A stretch of 64,000 nucleotides of DNA from a virus (lineage: Duplodnaviria; Caudoviricetes). A program made the translations under genes and the position numbers. The stretch lies in IMG/VR virus record IMGVR_UViG_3300021400_000095; one strand, given 5' to 3'. The stretch's first letter is position 1. Every line of letters starts with the position of its first letter. Shown one piece after another: positions 58,121 to 64,000 of the stretch. Under the pieces are notes generated by a model, which was not told the DNA's origin, did not search any database, and saw only the letters and a list, made by a program, of their open reading frames with translations.

Positions 58121-58714
58121 TTAATTTGAAAACAAGTAAGGTATTAAATATGGCTCATTTAATAATTGATATTTTATTTTTAATACAATATCATTATTGT
58201 TCTTTACTAAATGTATATTTGAATTTGAATATATGTTTGATAAAAACCTGTTTTTATCTTTCCCTTCATATTCTATATCATTTAATGAAATACCAATAAC
58301 ATTTTTGTTATTATCTTTACAAAAATAAGCAATATTATTATCAATATAACATGTTTTTTCAGTATTATCTTTTAAAAATTTAAAAAAATCTTCTTTTCTT
58401 TCATCATTTTCAATCAATATATTAAAAAAAACATATTTAACATTCTTTTTTAATGTTTTTAATGCTAATTTGTTAAACCTTTCAATGTCTTCTTCATATC
58501 TTTCCCCTCTCTCTCTTCTACCAAATGTCCAATATGTCATATTGTCAATTTTCCAATCAAGAAGGCTTATATTATCATAATTTTTGTTTACCTTATCCCA
58601 CCCAATAACCAAAGTAGGAATATCTTTTATAATGTCTTCCTTTGATTTGACAACATTATATAATTCTTGATTTGCAAATTGCAAATCAGTTAATATGTTT
58701 CCTATGTATTTCAT
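58121..58714 (-). CDS. hypothetical protein
   Basis: 197 aa ORF (PTLVIGW...YWTF). Confidence 0.8.
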   Translation of the reverse strand: MKYIGNILTDLQFANQELYNVVKSKEDIIKDIPTLVIGWDKVNKNYDNISLLDWKIDNMTYWTFGRRERGERYEEDIERFNKLALKTLKKNVKYVFFNILIENDERKEDFFKFLKDNTEKTCYIDNNIAYFCKDNNKNVIGISLNDIEYEGKDKNRFLSNIYSNSNIHLVKNNNDIVLKIKYQLLNEPYLIPYLFSN

Positions 58715-58732
58715 TAAAAAAATAATTTTTTA

Positions 58733-58764
58733 CAAAAATACATATTTGAAAACAAAAAAACAAA
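58733..58764 (-). promoter_or_regulatory. Bacteroidota sigma70 promoter TTTG-N20-TATTTTTG
   Basis: Consensus match upstream of 58714. Confidence 0.6.
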
Positions 58765-58765
58765 A

Positions 58766-61700
58766 TTATGCTTTTAATTCTGGTGCTCTAAATACCTTTA
58801 GTACCCAACTATTATATTTAGGGTCTGTTGGTGGATACTTATTATCATTTCCATATACAAATGTTGAACCATAGTTATTTAATCTATCACAAGACCATCC
58901 TGATTTACATTGTTTTTCCATCTCAGGTTTCTCATTCACAACATTAATGTTAGATGAATAACCTGGTACTGAACTAAGATATGCATCACCTGTATAAAAT
59001 TGTGCATGCATTTTTGCACCAGCAGTACCATATGCTTGTGTTGAATTATAATATAAAACAACATCACCATAATTGAAATTATTGCTGTTTGCAAGATATT
59101 TCTTAATTTCATCCTTATTTAAAACAACATTTGTTTCTTCCTTGTATCCAATTTTAGTTAAATGATTCCAAAGGCCAATCTGATTTGGATTACCACCAGC
59201 AGATACCTCACATGTTGGGTCAAAATCAGGCTGTACAAAACATTGTGCTAATCTAAATGTCCATCTTGCACAATGATGAACATAACTACCTGAAGATGTA
59301 ATAGCATGCCCACAACTAAATACCTTCTTTACAGCCTCTGTTACTCTACCCTTAGCAGTTAAAAGATTTTCAGGTGACATTTTTGGTTTTGCTTTAATAT
59401 TTCCAAGACCATAAACACCATTATTATTAACAATTTCAATTGCTTGCTCCTGTGAAAAACCTTGACTGATAAGTTCATCAAGTCTTGCCTTAGGGTCACT
59501 TGTTGTTATGTTTACATAATTCATTTCACCATTTTCATTTGCAAATATATAATCACTATTAACAAATGGCATTGCATTCCTGTTAACTCTTACACCTGTA
59601 AATTTTGTTGTTATATTGTTTGCAACAATATTATGTTCAACAGATATAATCATATATGCACCATGCCACATTGGTATATTATTTAATTGGAAATACATAA
59701 GTGGCATAACTTGCATATTACCTAACATTTCAACACTACATTGATAAGAATAACCTGCATATACTCTATATAAATCCTGTCCATATAATGTGCTTTCTCT
59801 TGGACCATCTGTTTGGCCTCTTCCTGCAATATCCATTGTTGCAGTGATTGAGTGTTCTGTTGTCTGTTGACTTGCTGTTGATAATGATATGTTAGAAAAG
59901 AAACTTTGATTCTGTTTTGCATATGTAACAGCAAATGCAGGTATTAAATCATCACCATTAATTGTTTGTAATGCTGATGGTAATGCACCCTCTGTTATAT
60001 CAAATGAATCATTCTTATATCCATATTCAGTCTCTTCAATATCAAGTCTCTCAGATGGTTTATATGAATACAACCCAATATAACAACCATCATTTGCATG
60101 CCTATTTGTATATACATCTTGTAATGATTGTGGACTAAACATCTTTTCAATATTATCAACACCACTAAGGCCAAACTCCTGTGGTAATGCCAAAAATGTT
60201 AATCCATTATGCTCACAAATATCAGCCATAACTTCATAAACAGATTTTTTCATATTAAGTTTTACTGGTGTGTTCATTGCACCCTCTGACTGATATACTG
60301 TGTCTCTAAAGATGTCAAGCAAATAGTTACCATTTACAATTAATTTCTTTGAAATATCATTGTAAAAACTATCAATAAATCTGAATTTCTTAAATTCACT
60401 ATTTTCATTACCAATAACAAATATATCACTATTAATGTTACAGAAAAATTTATCATACAAATCCTTTAATGTAAGATATGTTGATAATTTTATATCTTTA
60501 TCATTAACAAGACCTGTACTGACAATTATATCTTCTGAATCAATATCATTTGTTACCTCAATATTCTTTTCTTCATAAATTGTTGCCAAATTTTTCAAGA
60601 AAGAAGAATAACAATCAAAAACATCATTATCTTTTATTTTCTTATCTTTACCATTCTCAATTGGTTGTGCATAATCTATGAATATGTCTTCACTTGAAAG
60701 AAGATTTAACAGATTTCTTTGTAATTTATTATAATCATCACTATCTTCTTGTGTACTTTCAAGAAGATAAAAATCTTTAAAAATATTACTTATTGTTGCA
60801 AAATTAACAAACAATTTCTTTAAATAATTTCTCCTTGCTTCACTTACTTGGAAATCTTTATCTAATCCATTTAATTCATTAAAAGTAATATAATCATTTT
60901 TAGTGTGATTTACTTTATCTAAATATAAAGTGTTGTTTAACTTTCCAAATAATCCAACCCTTCTTAATATTGGAACAAGTGATTTTTCTCCATTGAATCC
61001 CTTTCCATACTCACCTAAATTAATTGGTTCACCACTTTCATCTTCTCTCCAATAGTGTGCACCCTCTCTCAATAAAAGCCATTTATTTGCATTACCATAG
61101 TTTGTTTCAATACATGCTTTAGCATATGAAGAATTAATTGGTAATGAGAATAAAAACAAATATGCCTTAGCAAGTGGTTTTTGTTTGTTTGCATTATAGA
61201 CATCATTTCCTTTAAATACACCAAACCTTTCATATTCACCATTTACAATACCAAAATAAAAATTACCATTATTTGCATTATTACTGGTATATAAATAAGC
61301 ATTTGTATTATGTAACTCTAAAAAGTTTTTTGCTGTGCTGATTTTTGGTTTGTTTTTCTTTTCATTAACATCAATTATCTTTACTGATAAATTATCACCA
61401 AAAACACCTGAAATTGTATCCTCATGTTTATATTTTTTCTCAAAAACCTTTGTATAAACATCAAATTTACCTTCTTTTAACCCATAAGTTTCAGCAGCAC
61501 CAATTTCTGTCCTATATTTCTCCAAGAAATCAGTGTTGTTAATACTAACAAATGTGTCCTTATTTAATTGTGAATCATTAATACAAATATATTTACTTGA
61601 ATCAATGTGTTTTCCCATACTAACATCATTTCTGTTAGACCTAAACTCAACATTCATTGGTAAATATGTGTTTTTCCCATCCTTAATTAAAGAATACAAC

Positions 61701-64000
61701 CAATTTTCAGTATCACTAAACATTGGTACACCATCAATAATTGTCCATTGGCTTTGCTTAATACTCTTTGTTTTTGACTTTGCCTTTTCAACACCATTGT
61801 TTATTGATTGATTACTTTTAGTATTAATTGACAATTCATTTTTAGTGTCTCTTGCCAATTTTTCACCAAAAGCCTTTCTAACATTAAGTGCTTCAGCCCA
61901 TGCAACATACTTTTTAATATCATTAATTTCACTCCTTGAATTATTTCTGAAAGAATATATTGTATAGTAACATCTTATCATAAATGTTGCCATTATTAAA
62001 TTTGCTTTATCTATGTCACTATAACTACTTCTATTTGCAATAATTTCATATGGGTTTTTTTGTTTGAAAATAATATCATACAATGTTGCAGGAATAAACT
62101 TTTCAATAGGTTCTTCTTCATTCCTATTTTTTGTATTTCCCTCCAACTCTTTTATTTCTTCCAAAACTTTTTGTGCATTTTCAACATAACAATGTGCACC
62201 CTTAATCAAGGCTTTAGTGAACTTTGTTTCTTCAATTTGTGTACCAGTTACATCTTCAGGCCAAACAGCAACTTGTCTTGTTGAATCACCTTCTTGTATT
62301 GAAGAAATACAAAGTGGATATGGTGGTACATATTGATATGATTTTGGAATATCTGTCAAATCATATCCACCAAAATTAGAAATGCTTCTTATATTTTTAT
62401 TTCCATCAAGTTGTTTCTTAATCTGATTCAATGCTGTATAGTAATGATAAATAAAACATTCCAAATGAGCAAATATCATTTTGAAAACATTATAAATGCT
62501 GATTTTAAAACCAAGATTTGCTTCAATGGTTTCAACCATTACTTCATTTATTAAACTTTCTTGCTCATCCTTATTTTTTTCTAATGAATTTAAAATTTCA
62601 TCAATACTATAAAGTACTTCTGTACTTAAAACATGAATGTAAATTGGTTTTGTCTTATCACTAATTTTATCAATAGCATCTTTAAATCTTGGTGATAAAG
62701 TAATGCTTTCTGAATTATCTGCAAGAACATAATTCTTTTTTGATTGATAATTGGTAAAACTTTCTGCAATATTAATATTATTAAAATTAATGTTGTTATT
62801 AGTATATTTATATGCAACACCATTTCTAACAACATATTTACACAACATGTGTTTTGTGCTATTGCTATTTAATTCATTTTCATTAATTTTAATATCACTT
62901 ATCATGTCAATCAATGTTTCATATTGACTGTATCTTTCTGAAAATGCTTCTAAACTATGATAATATTTATATAATGTTTTAACATCATCAGTTGTTAAAC
63001 TATCTGAATATGAAATAAAAGCAATTTCTTTATTAAATCTATCTTCATCTAATACAATACTATTATTTATATCCAAACTTCTTGGAAAAGTGTTTTTTAA
63101 TTCTTGTAGTTCTCCCTTACATTTTTCAATATATATGTAATTGTTTTTCTTTGCAATGTCTAATTTATATTGTTCAAAATTAGTTATTGATGTTTTTATT
63201 CTTTTTGTGAATTCTGAAAGTGTTATCATTTCAGCACCATTATCAAAAACAAAATCACCACTTGCAACTCTTGAATTCCAATATGCCATATCATCAATAT
63301 ATGGAGCAACTGCTGTATATATAAATGGTATTTCAGTATATATACCATACATGTTACCAATAAACTCCATATCAACAACAGAATTACCTGTTGTAGCATC
63401 AAAATTTGAATTAAATTTTGACATCTTCAAATTATATGTTATTGGCTTGCCATAAAAACCCTTTACTGTTAACTTAAATACTGGACATGGACATGAAAAC
63501 ACTGCTTTAAAAAAAGAACCACTATCAATTTGTGTAATCTTACTATTATTAACAGCACCTTGTTCCCTTTCCATCTTCTCTCTTTCAAGTGTTTGTTGTA
63601 ACCCCTTTTCTTGTGGCATGAACAATGAAGCACCTCTAACATCAACAAATTTAATATTAACAATTGGATAAAACCATTGCTGATAAGAAACATTTATTGA
63701 TTCAATACCAAGACATTCTTTATTTCCCCTACCAACATTTGTTGATGAAATGTCTGTAAAACTTGTTGTTAAATATCCATTCTTGTCTGTTTCACCACCA
63801 CTACCACCAAAAAAATTAATAGTACCATTACTTGATGAATATGTTAATACATGCCCTGTTTTATCAGCACATGAATATCTATCTGGTATGGTCACTGTTA
63901 AATCAACAGCCATACAGTAATTTTCATAAGAGTGTAAAATGGCATTATCAGGTAATGTCAAATATGGATTATTTGGCTCAATATAAGCAAATCTGCCAAT
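58766..64000 (-). CDS. baseplate hub-like protein with C-terminal CHAP/amidase-like domain (5'-truncated)
   Basis: Frame stays open past 63961 to the window edge (IGRFAYIEPNNPY); hub motif C.VEMLGN....P...F......GAYMI.SV.H.I.....T.F.G.R; terminal HCARW...GDVV.Y...HAQFY.G...W.CD. Confidence 0.7.
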   Translation of the reverse strand: MGRFAYIEPNNPYLTLPDNAILHSYENYCMAVDLTVTIPDRYSCADKTGHVLTYSSSNGTINFFGGSGGETDKNGYLTTSFTDISSTNVGRGNKECLGIESINVSYQQWFYPIVNIKFVDVRGASLFMPQEKGLQQTLEREKMEREQGAVNNSKITQIDSGSFFKAVFSCPCPVFKLTVKGFYGKPITYNLKMSKFNSNFDATTGNSVVDMEFIGNMYGIYTEIPFIYTAVAPYIDDMAYWNSRVASGDFVFDNGAEMITLSEFTKRIKTSITNFEQYKLDIAKKNNYIYIEKCKGELQELKNTFPRSLDINNSIVLDEDRFNKEIAFISYSDSLTTDDVKTLYKYYHSLEAFSERYSQYETLIDMISDIKINENELNSNSTKHMLCKYVVRNGVAYKYTNNNINFNNINIAESFTNYQSKKNYVLADNSESITLSPRFKDAIDKISDKTKPIYIHVLSTEVLYSIDEILNSLEKNKDEQESLINEVMVETIEANLGFKISIYNVFKMIFAHLECFIYHYYTALNQIKKQLDGNKNIRSISNFGGYDLTDIPKSYQYVPPYPLCISSIQEGDSTRQVAVWPEDVTGTQIEETKFTKALIKGAHCYVENAQKVLEEIKELEGNTKNRNEEEPIEKFIPATLYDIIFKQKNPYEIIANRSSYSDIDKANLIMATFMIRCYYTIYSFRNNSRSEINDIKKYVAWAEALNVRKAFGEKLARDTKNELSINTKSNQSINNGVEKAKSKTKSIKQSQWTIIDGVPMFSDTENWLYSLIKDGKNTYLPMNVEFRSNRNDVSMGKHIDSSKYICINDSQLNKDTFVSINNTDFLEKYRTEIGAAETYGLKEGKFDVYTKVFEKKYKHEDTISGVFGDNLSVKIIDVNEKKNKPKISTAKNFLELHNTNAYLYTSNNANNGNFYFGIVNGEYERFGVFKGNDVYNANKQKPLAKAYLFLFSLPINSSYAKACIETNYGNANKWLLLREGAHYWREDESGEPINLGEYGKGFNGEKSLVPILRRVGLFGKLNNTLYLDKVNHTKNDYITFNELNGLDKDFQVSEARRNYLKKLFVNFATISNIFKDFYLLESTQEDSDDYNKLQRNLLNLLSSEDIFIDYAQPIENGKDKKIKDNDVFDCYSSFLKNLATIYEEKNIEVTNDIDSEDIIVSTGLVNDKDIKLSTYLTLKDLYDKFFCNINSDIFVIGNENSEFKKFRFIDSFYNDISKKLIVNGNYLLDIFRDTVYQSEGAMNTPVKLNMKKSVYEVMADICEHNGLTFLALPQEFGLSGVDNIEKMFSPQSLQDVYTNRHANDGCYIGLYSYKPSERLDIEETEYGYKNDSFDITEGALPSALQTINGDDLIPAFAVTYAKQNQSFFSNISLSTASQQTTEHSITATMDIAGRGQTDGPRESTLYGQDLYRVYAGYSYQCSVEMLGNMQVMPLMYFQLNNIPMWHGAYMIISVEHNIVANNITTKFTGVRVNRNAMPFVNSDYIFANENGEMNYVNITTSDPKARLDELISQGFSQEQAIEIVNNNGVYGLGNIKAKPKMSPENLLTAKGRVTEAVKKVFSCGHAITSSGSYVHHCARWTFRLAQCFVQPDFDPTCEVSAGGNPNQIGLWNHLTKIGYKEETNVVLNKDEIKKYLANSNNFNYGDVVLYYNSTQAYGTAGAKMHAQFYTGDAYLSSVPGYSSNINVVNEKPEMEKQCKSGWSCDRLNNYGSTFVYGNDNKYPPTDPKYNSWVLKVFRAPELKA

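Noticed and set aside
192-63693. Numerous 60-220 aa antisense or out-of-frame ORFs (for example 11577..12239, 57212..57751, 24430..24855, 33678..34046)
   Set aside because: They shadow well-supported genes, mirror their codon or repeat bias, and carry no recognisable motifs.
1-64000. Stop-codon reassignment (TAG to Gln as in Lak megaphages, or TGA)
   Set aside because: Conserved genes and 2000-aa structural ORFs are uninterrupted in code 11 with dense packing; TAG ends nrdD and TGA ends 267..716 at plausible positions.
1-64000. tRNA, rRNA or other known ncRNA genes
   Set aside because: Intergenic gaps are short and AT-rich; no cloverleaf or T-loop (GTTCRA) structure was recognised.
1-64000. 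Eukaryotic giant virus origin (suggested by CpG loss and many glycosyltransferases)
   Set aside because: gp25/gp6 baseplate genes, gp32-like SSB, class III RNR, operons with intrinsic terminators and Bacteroidota promoters all indicate a bacteriophage.

Overview
64 kb segment of a large, AT-rich (roughly 30% GC by eye) contractile-tailed dsDNA phage genome. The host is most likely Bacteroidota, based on TTTG-N19/20-TAnnTTTG promoters and BACON-domain proteins. Genes are mostly on the minus strand and read normally in code 11. Order: fibre and BACON adhesin genes plus large baseplate/tail genes ending in gp6-like and gp25-like genes (1.5-33.6 kb); a ~10 kb, 9-gene glycan biosynthesis operon (GT2/GT92-like, DUF4422 x2, glf, GT31-like, PRTase-HAD, DUF616, TupA ATP-grasp, pyruvyltransferase fusion; 33.7-43.6 kb); nucleotide metabolism and replication genes (nrdG, nrdD, helicase, 5'-3' exonuclease, rfbB, recA/uvsX, ART-like, tdk, gp32-like SSB; 43.6-56.9 kb); then scaffold-like and baseplate hub/amidase genes. 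The most striking signals are: (1) CpG is almost absent (five seen in 64 kb) and no GATC was seen; (2) a capsule-like glycan operon sits behind the same upstream motif as the virion genes, and the virion proteins are rich in [ST][GA]x[TS], suggesting a phage-built glycan coat; (3) an ADP-ribosyltransferase-like gene is bracketed by a 20-bp duplication of the recA start, and three genes share an MAQP[LI]K N-terminus. All calls come from reading motifs by eye; no searches were run.
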